Source of the DNA: a virus
Taxonomy: Duplodnaviria; Caudoviricetes
Direction: 5' to 3' (one strand)
IMG/VR virus record: IMGVR_UViG_2907128583_000005
Span: 128,001-192,000 of that record
Length of the DNA stretch: 64,000 nt
How positions within the stretch are numbered: position 1 is the first letter of the stretch; the number at the start of each line of letters is the position of its first letter. Below, one piece after another: positions 18,083-27,883 of this stretch. The notes under the pieces were generated by a model that saw nothing but the letters and a program-made list of their open reading frames with translations, searched no databases and was not told the origin of the DNA. A program made the translations under genes and the position numbers.

Positions 18083-18126
18083 GCACTCACCTCCGTTAAA
18101 ATTTATTTTAATGTTCTCTTGAGATA

Positions 18127-18155
18127 AGTATATCATTCTGTTTCTACTCTGTCAA
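18127..18155 (-). promoter_or_regulatory. sigma-A promoter TTGACA-17-(TGa)TATACT
   Basis: Consensus -35 and extended -10; conserved box at 18160 directly upstream. Confidence 0.8.
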
Positions 18156-18267
18156 TATATTCATTATATTTAGTTGTTTAATATATAATGATGTTACTCT
18201 CAATAAAAAAGCGCTTGAGATATTAACTCAGCGCTTCTTATTAGTAAAAGTAACAATTTATCAATCT

Positions 18268-18942
18268 CTATTCTGTGAACATCCAATCCTTAGTCACCCA
18301 TTGAATAACCTTAGCAAATCTATTTTCATCGAAATGAATAAATTCTTTATTATACCATTCGGTTAATTCCTTATCATGTTTACTACTATTGCATTCTTTA
18401 CAAGCTGGAACACAGTTGTCAATAAAATTGCTGCCTTCGTGAATAACATGATCTCTATGTAGTTGTTGTCCATTAACTGCGAAATGTATTTCTTGAGTCA
18501 TATCGCAATAAGCACATTTCCATTCAAAATACTCTAAACATCTACTCCACTCATCTTGGGTGATTTCATGAGACTTATTGAATCTTTTCTGTCTATAGAG
18601 TTTTAATTTATCCTTATTTTTTCTTTGCCACTCCCGCAAAAGTCCATTTTCTCTTCTTTTTTTCTCAGACAGTCGCCTTTTTTCTTTATTCTGAGGCTTA
18701 TCATTTCTTTTCTTTTGGAATGTAAGGGTCTTTTCATAATTTTCTTTGTTCCATTTAGTTGAGTTACTAATATTGCATTGCTTGCATTTTGGATTTAGGC
18801 CATCTTTTTTATTGCTCAGGTTTTTATAGAAATATATTTCATTGCAAGGGTACCACTGATTACAATTGGAACATAATTTTTGTTGTTCGCTTTCAAAAAA
18901 TCTATGACTATCTTCAAAACTTATTCGCTTTCTATCTCGCAA
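18268..18942 (-). CDS. HNH endonuclease
   Basis: CAYC...HRDHV...GSN..DNCVPACKECNSSKH plus N-terminal CxxC pairs. Confidence 0.9.
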   Translation of the reverse strand: MRDRKRISFEDSHRFFESEQQKLCSNCNQWYPCNEIYFYKNLSNKKDGLNPKCKQCNISNSTKWNKENYEKTLTFQKKRNDKPQNKEKRRLSEKKRRENGLLREWQRKNKDKLKLYRQKRFNKSHEITQDEWSRCLEYFEWKCAYCDMTQEIHFAVNGQQLHRDHVIHEGSNFIDNCVPACKECNSSKHDKELTEWYNKEFIHFDENRFAKVIQWVTKDWMFTE

Positions 18943-19029
18943 ACCAATTATTCTCCCTTTTTATAAATTAAAATTTTATATAAAAAAACAAAACCAAACC
19001 TCTTTTAGCTTGTTGGTTTTGTATATTAC

Positions 19030-19461
19030 TTAAAGCTTTCCTTTTTTCAATTTTAATTTATTTTCTCGAGTCAATACATACCTTTTACTTGATGTGTTAT
19101 TGCTTCCGTCCAGAACAAAAGCAACTAACGATACTCCAAAAGCCACAATCGTTGAATAGTTTGATAGTAGGTTTATATCTAGAGTTTTTTCAAACTCACC
19201 AGTGTATAGCAGCATAAAACTACGTGAAATCACTGCAATCATGATGAGAATACATAATATTGTAACACCTTTATAAAACTTTGTAGCTACCTTTCTCAAC
19301 AAGGCAAAGAGTAGTATCATGAGCGAAACAATAAAAGAAAAAACAGTTATTACAGACGATATAAATGGTGAAACTTCAATTTTAAAGAAAATCACGACAA
19401 TTCCATAAACTATAAAAATAACTGCAATTAATAATAACATACCATGATAAATATGCTTCAA
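19030..19461 (-). CDS. multi-pass membrane protein
   Basis: Four hydrophobic segments and a basic C-terminus. Confidence 0.7.
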   Translation of the reverse strand: MKHIYHGMLLLIAVIFIVYGIVVIFFKIEVSPFISSVITVFSFIVSLMILLFALLRKVATKFYKGVTILCILIMIAVISRSFMLLYTGEFEKTLDINLLSNYSTIVAFGVSLVAFVLDGSNNTSSKRYVLTRENKLKLKKGKL

Positions 19462-19845
19462 GAAAATCTTCCTTTTTGTAAGTTTAGAATAGTTTTATTG
19501 TGAGCATGTCACCCATTAAGTTATGTATACATTTTAGTATAGTAGATATATCTACATTATTTCAATCATGTATTTAGATTGCATTGCTACGCATTGGTTT
19601 GTACGGTACATGTATGAGAGAAATTGAATGAGTGTTGATCTTCAGATAGTACAGTTCTTCAGCATCAAGTTTCTTATTGATTTGCTTCACAATTTCTCAA
19701 TTTTCATTAAGTATATTCTCCCATCAAAGCAATTTTATAATTATACATATTTATGAATTAAAATATCATTAAATGCGAGTTTTATACATTTATTATTGAA
19801 TATTAATACATTTGTAACTACGTAAAACAAGAATTTTATGCACAA

Positions 19846-20250
19846 TTAATTTATTGAACAATCATATAAATTGTTCATATAGCGCATTGTTGCGGTTGCT
19901 ATTTTTCTATCTCCTTCTGTAGGATAAACTTTCCACTCTATTCCAAAAATAAAGCCATTATCATTACCTTTTTTTACTTCCTCTTCTATTACTGAATCAA
20001 TTTGTGCAAAAATCGTTTTACTAGTAACGGTGTCCGAATGTACATGTATTACGTTTACTTTGTCAACCAAATAATCATAAATTGTCTTAAAACCCTTCTT
20101 TGCAACCAGTAAATTAATAGTTAATTTCAAACCTTTTTTTGTTTCTGATATACGTGCTGAATAGTCTTTAGTTGACCATCCATACATTCTCAATATCTCT
20201 TGTTTTGCTGATTTTAGTAATATTCTTGCTTGATCTTTATCCGTTATCAT
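19846..20250 (-). CDS. hypothetical protein
   Basis: GGAGG RBS; flanked by elements 19822 and 20290. Confidence 0.75.
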   Translation of the reverse strand: MITDKDQARILLKSAKQEILRMYGWSTKDYSARISETKKGLKLTINLLVAKKGFKTIYDYLVDKVNVIHVHSDTVTSKTIFAQIDSVIEEEVKKGNDNGFIFGIEWKVYPTEGDRKIATATMRYMNNLYDCSIN

Positions 20251-20371
20251 GCTTATTCCTCCACATTCATATCTTTACTTTTTAAGGCTATGAAATCACT
20301 CATTTATCAACACTGATCATTAGCACCTAACCACCTGTTATAGACGGTTAACGCTCTAGGCTTAAAGCGTA

Positions 20372-20587
20372 TTAAATATAAGGTGAGAAATGTACAGAGG
20401 CATATTCTTTCGTTTCCCCATTATCATTTTCTATGATTAAATTTTTCGTTTGACTAATGTCTTTTATTTGATAGGCTTTTCCTACAGTAAAACCAGCCCA
20501 TTCGATACTCCAAGAAGCAAGCACAATATCGCCTTTGCCCCTCAAATAGTCTTTAACAGTGCAACCTATTCTTACTTTCATTTTCAT
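20372..20587 (-). CDS. hypothetical protein
   Basis: GGAGG RBS right after element 20601. Confidence 0.7.
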   Translation of the reverse strand: MKMKVRIGCTVKDYLRGKGDIVLASWSIEWAGFTVGKAYQIKDISQTKNLIIENDNGETKEYASVHFSPYI

Positions 20588-20657
20588 TCCTCCAATACTT
20601 ATAAAATGAGTATTTTACAAAGTCCTATTGTCTTACAGATAAACGATAGACCCCGTT

Positions 20658-20915
20658 TTAGATCATGCCTCGATCTTTCAGCGATTTTTCTAGTTTCTTT
20701 AATTCGTCGAACTTTTTAGCATACATATCATTGAAAGCTACGTGAATTATTGAGTTTTTAGCTTCCAATCTGTAAAACTCTTCTACTGCATCAACTAAGT
20801 TCTTGTACATAACTATGAAAAGGCGGTAGTCATAATCTTTGCCCTCACATTTTTTGAGTGTTTTATTAAAATTAATACCCATGTGAGATAATTTAATTCT
20901 TATATCCTCGCTCAT
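20658..20915 (-). CDS. hypothetical protein
   Basis: GGGAGGT RBS; promoter TTGAAT-17-TATAAT upstream. Confidence 0.7.
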   Translation of the reverse strand: MSEDIRIKLSHMGINFNKTLKKCEGKDYDYRLFIVMYKNLVDAVEEFYRLEAKNSIIHVAFNDMYAKKFDELKKLEKSLKDRGMI

Positions 20916-21081
20916 ACCCGCTACCTCCCGCGTAAGGCCGCCGACTGCTATGTATTAACTTACCTTATGAATTTATTATAACACATCATTTCATTATATT
21001 CAATAGTTTAATTATTTTTGTATGTTGAATTGTGATTATTCTCCTTCTCTACGTCGAACAGTTCCTTGTAAAATATCAGTT

Positions 21082-21309
21082 TTATAACCCTTTAGACTCA
21101 ACATAGGCGTAATACTCCTCAAATGATTTATGACCTCCATGCTGCTTATATTTTATGTATTGTTCCAACACAATTTGATTAAATTGTTTTAGAGTTAATT
21201 CAGCAAGATCTAAGTTCCCCTGTAAATAGCTCCAATATAGCCGTGATACGCCAGCAGGCTTTCTCTGAGGTTTATTCTTTCTCATGTAATCACCAACTTT
21301 CCTCCCCAA
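21082..21309 (-). CDS. hypothetical protein
   Basis: Stop codon inside element 21068. Confidence 0.65.
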   Translation of the reverse strand: MGRKVGDYMRKNKPQRKPAGVSRLYWSYLQGNLDLAELTLKQFNQIVLEQYIKYKQHGGHKSFEEYYAYVESKGL

Positions 21310-21320
21310 ATTCTAAATCA

Positions 21321-24300
21321 TTAGTTTACTCTTACTCTCTCTTCTTCAACTTTTTCAATAACTACCAACACTGTATTGACCCCGGTTCCCGACTCCTTGA
21401 ATGAACCTTCTGGAAGTTTCTCATAATACCCCTTATCATTTAACCAGTTACGAAACTGAATACTCTTGGTATCATTAGCGAATGTCCAATGTGGTGACAT
21501 AATAGCGATGAGCCTTCCCCCATCCTTAAGACATTCGTATGCCTTTAATACATGATCAACATCTTTCCCCTTCTCAAAAGGTGGGTTCATAATTATTTTA
21601 TTGTACTTAGTAAATGGCGTAAATTCGATAAAATCATTAGCAACTAACTTGTATTGTTTTAACTCAAGAATTTGACGTAATGTATAATTCCACTCTATGC
21701 CGTGCAACTCTGCACTTAGGTTGTTGTCTTGTATATATTCATTTACACCATCTAAAATATTACCGTTGCCAGCGCTTGGTTCCAAAATGGTTTCACCATC
21801 TTGTAAATCAGCCAACTCAATCATACGTTCTACGATAGTTTTAGGAGTCGGAAAGTAACCATCAATTTTATACAGCTTAACTTCACTTTCCATTTTCTTA
21901 ATTTTCTGCTGGACTGGATTGACTGGTTTTTCTATAGCTTTCACAAGTGCAGCATATTTATCTATTGCATCATTGTATTGTTCTGTATTGTGTATTCCTG
22001 CTTTGTTTAATCGCTTCTGCATTTTTGGAACTTCTTGATTCCACCAACCGTTAACATCAGCATCAGAATTAATAGTCGGATATTTTACTTCATTATTATA
22101 TCTACCTCTTGATCTATATTTAATTCTCATATCTTCTCTAAAGCTTCCTACTAATAAAGCTATGTCGAATTCGTCCATTGTATTGCTACATGCTTTTTCC
22201 TTTAGATACTCCAATATCTTAATTTCTAAGTTCAAATTATCTTTTTTCTGTTCTCGGCTTGCTGCTTCTTGCTGGCGTTTCCATGTGTTAGTTAAATAAT
22301 CACCAGACAAGGCATTCACTTTCCTTTGTGTTGACTCGATTTTCTTATTAATCTTGCTAATATATTGCTGCTGATTGCTATTTTCACTTTCTGATTCTTC
22401 TTGTAAAATTCGTATTTTATCATTATTTTCATTTGTGCTTGTTGATTCATCCTTGCTAATTAAATATGCAACAAATCTTTTGGCCTCATTCAATCGACTA
22501 GTCGTTTTTAAGCTTGTGTCTACCTCTTTTCCATCCTTAAAAACACGATACATTCCCCACGACTTAGTAATCATATAGTTCTTATAGGTGTATACTCTTG
22601 TTGTCTCTGTATAACCAGCTACAGTGATTTGCTTACGATCTATCTTAAATTCTGGTATTTCTACAACTCCATTGACTTCTTTATCTAATCTTTCTTTTTC
22701 TAATTGGAAAATTCTCGTTTTGAATTTATCCATACGATTATCAAATTCTTTTTTCATATCTGAAAACTGACTCAATAAATTTCCATATCTGTCCTGCATT
22801 TTGTTATACCGTCTTACATTTAGTCCACCTCGACCAGTAACAGCCCATGAAGGGTTGTTGGCGCGATGATTAAGTATTTTAATATATTGAGTATAATAAC
22901 GCTGCTTAAAAGATTGTAAGTACTTTTTAATTTGATACTGTAGATATTCATTGTCTGTCTGCGATAACACACTTAAAGCGTCTTTTTGGAGTTCGTTAAA
23001 TGTATTGAAACAATCCGTTTTATAATCTACCTGAAACAGACTAGATGAATGCAAACGTGATTGTAATTCATCTGAGACTGTATACATGTGAAGATCATCA
23101 ATATTAATGTCTTCGTTCACTGCAATATTGACTGATCCGTTGAATTCAGTATTATTGGGTTTGTTATAGTCCACTTGCAGTGAACTTGCAAATTTATTTG
23201 CTTTATCTGACTGTTTAGCATACCAAAAACCACGGGGAGACCATCTAAAACCATAAGCTTTAAGTTGCTCAATAATATTGTTTTCAGGTTTAGACGGGAA
23301 ACGGATCTCAACTCCTTGTTTTTCTTCGTTATATGTTACAGTTACTTCAGCAGACACGTTCACAATTTCATTGTTTTCCTTGGCTTGTTCTGTTGTTTCG
23401 ATAGCTGGAACATTATATACATTCTGTTTACGAGCTGCCTTCTTGAATACTGTTTTTTCTTGGTATTCTGTAACCTCTTGCAAGGTGTATACTTTAACGG
23501 TGCCTTCTTCAATCCCCTTGTTTAATCTATCAAGTGTTTGGTAATAACTTTTAACACTCATACTCTTTAAACGTTGATATCCTCTTTTTTCACTGCCCAA
23601 AAGTTCGTAGGTAATACAAGATTGTCCTTTGGAATTTGTGTAAATATCGGTTACTACCCAATAATGCCCATGATAAGAGAAAGACAATACATCATTAAGA
23701 TTGATAGTTTTGTCTTCTTTTTCAACTGGTTTAATGACTTTCTTTTCTACTTTAATTACTACAGCTTTCAATGCGCCTGCATCTTTAATTGCTTTTTCAA
23801 ATCTATTGATCAATGCTTCTACTTTCTCAGCTTTTTGCTGCTTTTCGGTCTTCTCTTTGTTCTCCCAATCATAGTCATTGACTGCAAATACACCTTTACC
23901 TTTTGCAATAATCTGACCATCTTTTTCAATGTGCCAGCTTGTACCACGTGGATTAGCAAAAGAGAATGTAGGATACGTTTCAATAACTTTATACTTCTCA
24001 ATCATTCCTGACTTTTCTTTTTCCTTCTCAATTAATACTGCACAAGAAGCCTTTTCATTATCAGTTGAAGCTTCATCATTCATCATTGCCTCAAGTTTTT
24101 GAATACGTGCATTAGTTTTATATACAGCATTACCACCTATGTATTCTTTTTGTTCATAACCACTGTAACGTGTATTATTTTGATCGATGCAAAGAACATA
24201 ACCGTTCTTTTCAGCAATGCCATCCCAATCGGCAGGACTAAAGTAATCAACCATTGCATCAGATTCATCATTTTTCCAACCGTAAATTTTCCATCCCTTT

Positions 24301-24356
24301 TCAACTAAAGCCATTGCAATTTTTACTCTTGCTTCTCTTTTGTCTCCGTACCACAT
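21321..24356 (-). CDS. large multidomain protein with C-terminal N6-adenine DNA methyltransferase
   Basis: YFPTP, ILEPSAGNG (motif I), IIMNPPF (motif IV), FKESGTGVNT; long uncharacterised N-terminal part. Confidence 0.85.
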   Translation of the reverse strand: MWYGDKREARVKIAMALVEKGWKIYGWKNDESDAMVDYFSPADWDGIAEKNGYVLCIDQNNTRYSGYEQKEYIGGNAVYKTNARIQKLEAMMNDEASTDNEKASCAVLIEKEKEKSGMIEKYKVIETYPTFSFANPRGTSWHIEKDGQIIAKGKGVFAVNDYDWENKEKTEKQQKAEKVEALINRFEKAIKDAGALKAVVIKVEKKVIKPVEKEDKTINLNDVLSFSYHGHYWVVTDIYTNSKGQSCITYELLGSEKRGYQRLKSMSVKSYYQTLDRLNKGIEEGTVKVYTLQEVTEYQEKTVFKKAARKQNVYNVPAIETTEQAKENNEIVNVSAEVTVTYNEEKQGVEIRFPSKPENNIIEQLKAYGFRWSPRGFWYAKQSDKANKFASSLQVDYNKPNNTEFNGSVNIAVNEDINIDDLHMYTVSDELQSRLHSSSLFQVDYKTDCFNTFNELQKDALSVLSQTDNEYLQYQIKKYLQSFKQRYYTQYIKILNHRANNPSWAVTGRGGLNVRRYNKMQDRYGNLLSQFSDMKKEFDNRMDKFKTRIFQLEKERLDKEVNGVVEIPEFKIDRKQITVAGYTETTRVYTYKNYMITKSWGMYRVFKDGKEVDTSLKTTSRLNEAKRFVAYLISKDESTSTNENNDKIRILQEESESENSNQQQYISKINKKIESTQRKVNALSGDYLTNTWKRQQEAASREQKKDNLNLEIKILEYLKEKACSNTMDEFDIALLVGSFREDMRIKYRSRGRYNNEVKYPTINSDADVNGWWNQEVPKMQKRLNKAGIHNTEQYNDAIDKYAALVKAIEKPVNPVQQKIKKMESEVKLYKIDGYFPTPKTIVERMIELADLQDGETILEPSAGNGNILDGVNEYIQDNNLSAELHGIEWNYTLRQILELKQYKLVANDFIEFTPFTKYNKIIMNPPFEKGKDVDHVLKAYECLKDGGRLIAIMSPHWTFANDTKSIQFRNWLNDKGYYEKLPEGSFKESGTGVNTVLVVIEKVEEERVRVN

Positions 24357-24409
24357 AATCATTACCACCTTTATTATCATTATTTTTATTTATATGTTTC
24401 TTTTTCATT

Positions 24410-24505
24410 TTATCTCAATACTAAGTGACCGTATACTGTTTTACTTTTTAATGCTTGCAGGCGCTGCCATTGACTTTTTAAAACTGCTAATTTAGATTGA
24501 CTCAT
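24410..24505 (-). CDS. 31-aa leader peptide/small protein (not in ORF track)
   Basis: MSQSKLAVLKSQWQRLQALKSKTVYGHLVLR; GAGGTGA RBS; first gene after promoter TTGTAT-17-TATAAT. Confidence 0.5.
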   Translation of the reverse strand: MSQSKLAVLKSQWQRLQALKSKTVYGHLVLR

Positions 24506-24662
24506 TGTGTTTTCACCTCGTAATCTCATGTTCTTTATATATTTATTATAGCATGTTTTTATTTTATATACAATACATTTCATTATATTTAATTATATAA
24601 TTTGAATAAACGACAAATAAACCACCTATCAGATGAATAGATGGTTAGATGAAAAAATATGC

Positions 24663-25685
24663 TTATCTTTTATGTGCTATGTACAATTTATCTTTTAATT
24701 CTCTGCTTATGATTATTTTATCCTCTTCTTTATAATCTATATTTGAAGCTTTCAAAAATGATATATTATAGGTTGAAGGTGTGATAATGCTATAACCCAA
24801 ACTTCTATAAAAATAATCAATATACAGTTCAAACTCTGATTCGCAATTGTTAAGTTGGTCTATTTCTTTGATTTTTTCCAAAAAGTAATTATCTATTTTT
24901 CTTTTTACATAGCAGCCTTCTGAATTCAGTTTATTGTTCATTTTATCTATCTCTTCTTTGAATTCTTTGAAACATAATTCTACAAATGTTTTTCTGCTCA
25001 TTTTTTTAATTTTCCCAGTTAATTTTTTATTGACATTTTTATTTTTTCTTTCTTCTTTTAAATTGCTATTTACTTCACGACTTGAAAATTCTTGATATTC
25101 ATCTTTGCTCATTTCAGTGATTAATTGACCATCTATGTATTTAACAGTACCCTCTAATTTTAAAATATCATATGAACTTATTTCTATTATCTTGATACCA
25201 AGCATTTTAGCCAAACTTCTTTTCTGTGGTGTACATTTATGCTTGTGTAATATCTCAATCCATACTTTATGTTCTCCTTCAAAACCATAAGATATATCAG
25301 GAACAAAACTAAAAAAATTTTTATGTTTACTATGATAATCAAAAATGATATTTGATTTTGTAAGGTTTGATTTTACACACTTTAAACATGGTACAGTTTC
25401 ATTATAACCTGTAAATGCTTCTTTGTTGCAAGATTTTGATGGCATATCTATTTCATAATCCTTAATCAATTTTAATAAACATGGATAATAATTATTTAAC
25501 CCAATAGCTTTCTTTGACTTATAACTAGTAGGATATTCAAGATTTAAAAATTCATCTTTTTTATTTGTGAGTGTGAAGTTATATTGTTTATCATTTTGAT
25601 CAACAATAATTAAGTTATTATTTTTAATCAGATGAAATAGTTTACGTTTTGCTTTAATATATGCATCATTTTCAGAATACTTCAA
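24663..25685 (-). CDS. hypothetical protein with possible PD-(D/E)xK (CoiA-like) nuclease motif
   Basis: FVPDI...VWIEILHKHKC...K...IIEI. Confidence 0.55.
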   Translation of the reverse strand: MKYSENDAYIKAKRKLFHLIKNNNLIIVDQNDKQYNFTLTNKKDEFLNLEYPTSYKSKKAIGLNNYYPCLLKLIKDYEIDMPSKSCNKEAFTGYNETVPCLKCVKSNLTKSNIIFDYHSKHKNFFSFVPDISYGFEGEHKVWIEILHKHKCTPQKRSLAKMLGIKIIEISSYDILKLEGTVKYIDGQLITEMSKDEYQEFSSREVNSNLKEERKNKNVNKKLTGKIKKMSRKTFVELCFKEFKEEIDKMNNKLNSEGCYVKRKIDNYFLEKIKEIDQLNNCESEFELYIDYFYRSLGYSIITPSTYNISFLKASNIDYKEEDKIIISRELKDKLYIAHKR

Positions 25686-25944
25686 AATTATATTTTCCTC
25701 TCTTATTTGCTATTAAAAATCAAAAATAGGAGCAAAGGGGTGAATTGCTGAAAGCAAGAGGGGAAACGGTGACAAGCAATACTACTATGTAGCGTAGCGG
25801 AATAGTTTTATTGCCACTGAGTTTCCCTTATTAATTATCTATCTTATATTATATAATTATATACCTTTGCTTCTAACACTTACGCTAAAAAAATCCAGTG
25901 TTTATATGTATTATTTTTATCGTTTATTACTTTTGAGGTAATAC

Positions 25945-27171
25945 TCATATCTCATCATCAAGCCATTGATTCAATAAACTTCTCATTCTTTGTGAAGGAA
26001 TATATAAATTAATTTCTTCATTGTTCCTAATCGCACTTCTCCATATCCACTGTACCAATTCAGATAACGCAAATAGTTCTTGATTGATTTTAATATTCTT
26101 AGTATGGAAATAGCTTTCTATTAGTGGACTTGCAAATCTATTGACTGCATAAGCCAAAACCTTTTTATGACAGTATTTATTTGTACTTCTCTCTGTTACT
26201 GAGACATAGCCCTTTGTATATCCTTTTCCACTTATCTTTGATTTATAATCTTTAAAAGTTGTCCACATATTATCATTAGACTTAGATTGCATGATATTGT
26301 TGAAGTAGTTTAATGTATTATTTTTCAATTGTTTATGTAGGTGCGTCTTTTTGCTATACCATGATTTAGACAAAGAATAGTGTTCATCGCCTATTTTATT
26401 TAAAGTGCCTTCGTAAATGAACATATTCCTTTTGATTGCTTCTTTGATTTTTGTATCATCATTGTTGATCTCTTGAGAAAACATATACAGATCGTTTTCA
26501 ACTTTCACATTATAGTATTCATACTCAATACCATGAATATCAAAATAGTATTTTTGTAACTGAGCGCTAAATAAATATGTTAGTATGTATGATTCTTTGA
26601 ATAACTTAAATATGTCTGGTGGGAAATTCCACAACAATATGACTCCATTATGCATTATTAGATTATTGTTTAACGCATATCTTCTCACTGTTTGGAATTT
26701 CCCATTGTATACACCCTGTAATGACTCTTTTTTGGTATCCCACTGTATTAATCCATTTTCATCTTGCTTCATCCATTCTTTTAGTAGCATCTTTGTATCA
26801 TCTGGAGAAACCTTTAACTCTTTAATTACTTCCAATGCTTCGTCAAGAATTAATGTGTAACCCTCGTTGTAAATCAATTCTCTAGTTTCCTCTGTAGCCA
26901 TTTTAAATAATGCATGTGTTGTGGCTATATTTTTACCTTCTGATAGTAATTTGTGTAGGGAATCCAATTTAAAAAATATCTCTCCGTCCATTGTGAATAC
27001 CTTTGGTTCATAAAATTTACGCTGCGTACAAGTATTTTTGATTCTTGCTATTTCATCTAAGTATGGAGTGATATAGATATATTTGTCATCATCAATTTTA
27101 TTCATCATTTGAATTGCTGATGTCGTTTTCCCTGAACCCATAATTGAATCAACAACTTTAATCTTTGTTAT
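25945..27171 (-). CDS. YonV-like P-loop/SF2 helicase-like protein (probable ATA start)
   Basis: KVVDSIMGSGKTT Walker A, LILDE Walker B, LVQWIWRSAIR; strand beta1 lies upstream of the called ATG. Confidence 0.8.
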   Translation of the reverse strand: MTKIKVVDSIMGSGKTTSAIQMMNKIDDDKYIYITPYLDEIARIKNTCTQRKFYEPKVFTMDGEIFFKLDSLHKLLSEGKNIATTHALFKMATEETRELIYNEGYTLILDEALEVIKELKVSPDDTKMLLKEWMKQDENGLIQWDTKKESLQGVYNGKFQTVRRYALNNNLIMHNGVILLWNFPPDIFKLFKESYILTYLFSAQLQKYYFDIHGIEYEYYNVKVENDLYMFSQEINNDDTKIKEAIKRNMFIYEGTLNKIGDEHYSLSKSWYSKKTHLHKQLKNNTLNYFNNIMQSKSNDNMWTTFKDYKSKISGKGYTKGYVSVTERSTNKYCHKKVLAYAVNRFASPLIESYFHTKNIKINQELFALSELVQWIWRSAIRNNEEINLYIPSQRMRSLLNQWLDDEI

Positions 27172-27326
27172 GGCTTATCAACCTTTCTTAACTTAATCAA
27201 TCCTGTAGTAAGTGAATACAATCCCACAAATGAAACAATGCTTATTGACCACCAATTAGGCATGAATGACGCAAGCACAAACATGAGAATAGCAATAGAT
27301 AGCCTTGTGGCTGCTTCAGATTTCAT
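27168..27326 (-). CDS. 52-aa two-TM membrane protein in yoyJ-like position (not in ORF track)
   Basis: MKSEAATRLSIAILMFVLASFMPNWWSISIVSFVGLYSLTTGLIKLRKVDKP; AAGGAGG RBS. Confidence 0.75.
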   Translation of the reverse strand: MKSEAATRLSIAILMFVLASFMPNWWSISIVSFVGLYSLTTGLIKLRKVDKP

Positions 27327-27389
27327 ATTTTATTGTCCTCCTTCTTTTGTTTATTGACTATAGGCAACACATTATAATAAAATGTAAGG

Positions 27390-27490
27390 GATAAGAGTAG
27401 GACGGTGTTAGTTTCCGTCCTTGGATTGTCTTCAAGTTTAGCGACTTGGTTTAGCGCTTACGTCTGTTGCGAGACGTGGGTGCTTTTTTC
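27390..27490 (+). ncRNA. candidate cis-antisense antitoxin RNA (SR6-like)
   Basis: TTGACT-18-TAAAAT promoter at 27354-27383; GGACGG/CCGTCC hairpin; terminator GCGCTTACGTCT/AGACGTGGGTGC plus T run overlapping the toxin 3' end. Ends approximate. Confidence 0.7.
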
Positions 27491-27600
27491 TTTTTCCGTT
27501 TCTTCTTTCTTGATGCTATGTATTCGGTAATGTCCTTATACACAAGTCGTAAGAAAGTTAGAATGGATATGATGACTGCTGTTTTCTGCCAGTTGTCCAA
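27451..27600 (-). CDS. YonT-like type I toxin, 49 aa (not in ORF track)
   Basis: MDNWQKTAVIISILTFLRLVYKDITEYIASRKKKRKKKKAPTSRNRRKR: hydrophobic helix plus polybasic tail; GGAGGGAGGTGA RBS, TTG start. Confidence 0.8.
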   Translation of the reverse strand: MDNWQKTAVIISILTFLRLVYKDITEYIASRKKKRKKKKAPTSRNRRKR

Positions 27601-27883
27601 GTAGTTTCACCTCCCTCCCTTACTTATATAATTATATCATACTTCATACTCTATGTACATTATTTCATTATATTTATTTATTTAGGCAATATAAAATATA
27701 TCCCTATTGGACGGTTTGGTTATGTTTTGTAATGTGCAAGTGGTATTTATTACCTTTTGTTTCACGTGGAACATTTCATTATATTCATGTGTTAGTATTT
27801 AATCTTTATTATCACAATTAGCCAAAACAATATGCTAGTTAGAATAGTTACCTTGTCTTTAATCTTCCACGAGTTCATAATAT

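Larger units (their letters stand above)
1806..21085. repeat. dispersed 18-bp palindromic junction element RTAAAA-N6-TTTTAY (about 27 copies in this span)
   Basis: Perfect copies start at 1806, 5832, 8683, 9293, 10379, 10638, 14116, 14580, 16050, 19822, 20601, 21068; near-perfect copies at 2115, 2783, 3976, 4373, 5172, 5560, 6708, 7537, 9496, 9937, 15512, 15810, 16656, 18244, 20290. Confidence 0.9.
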
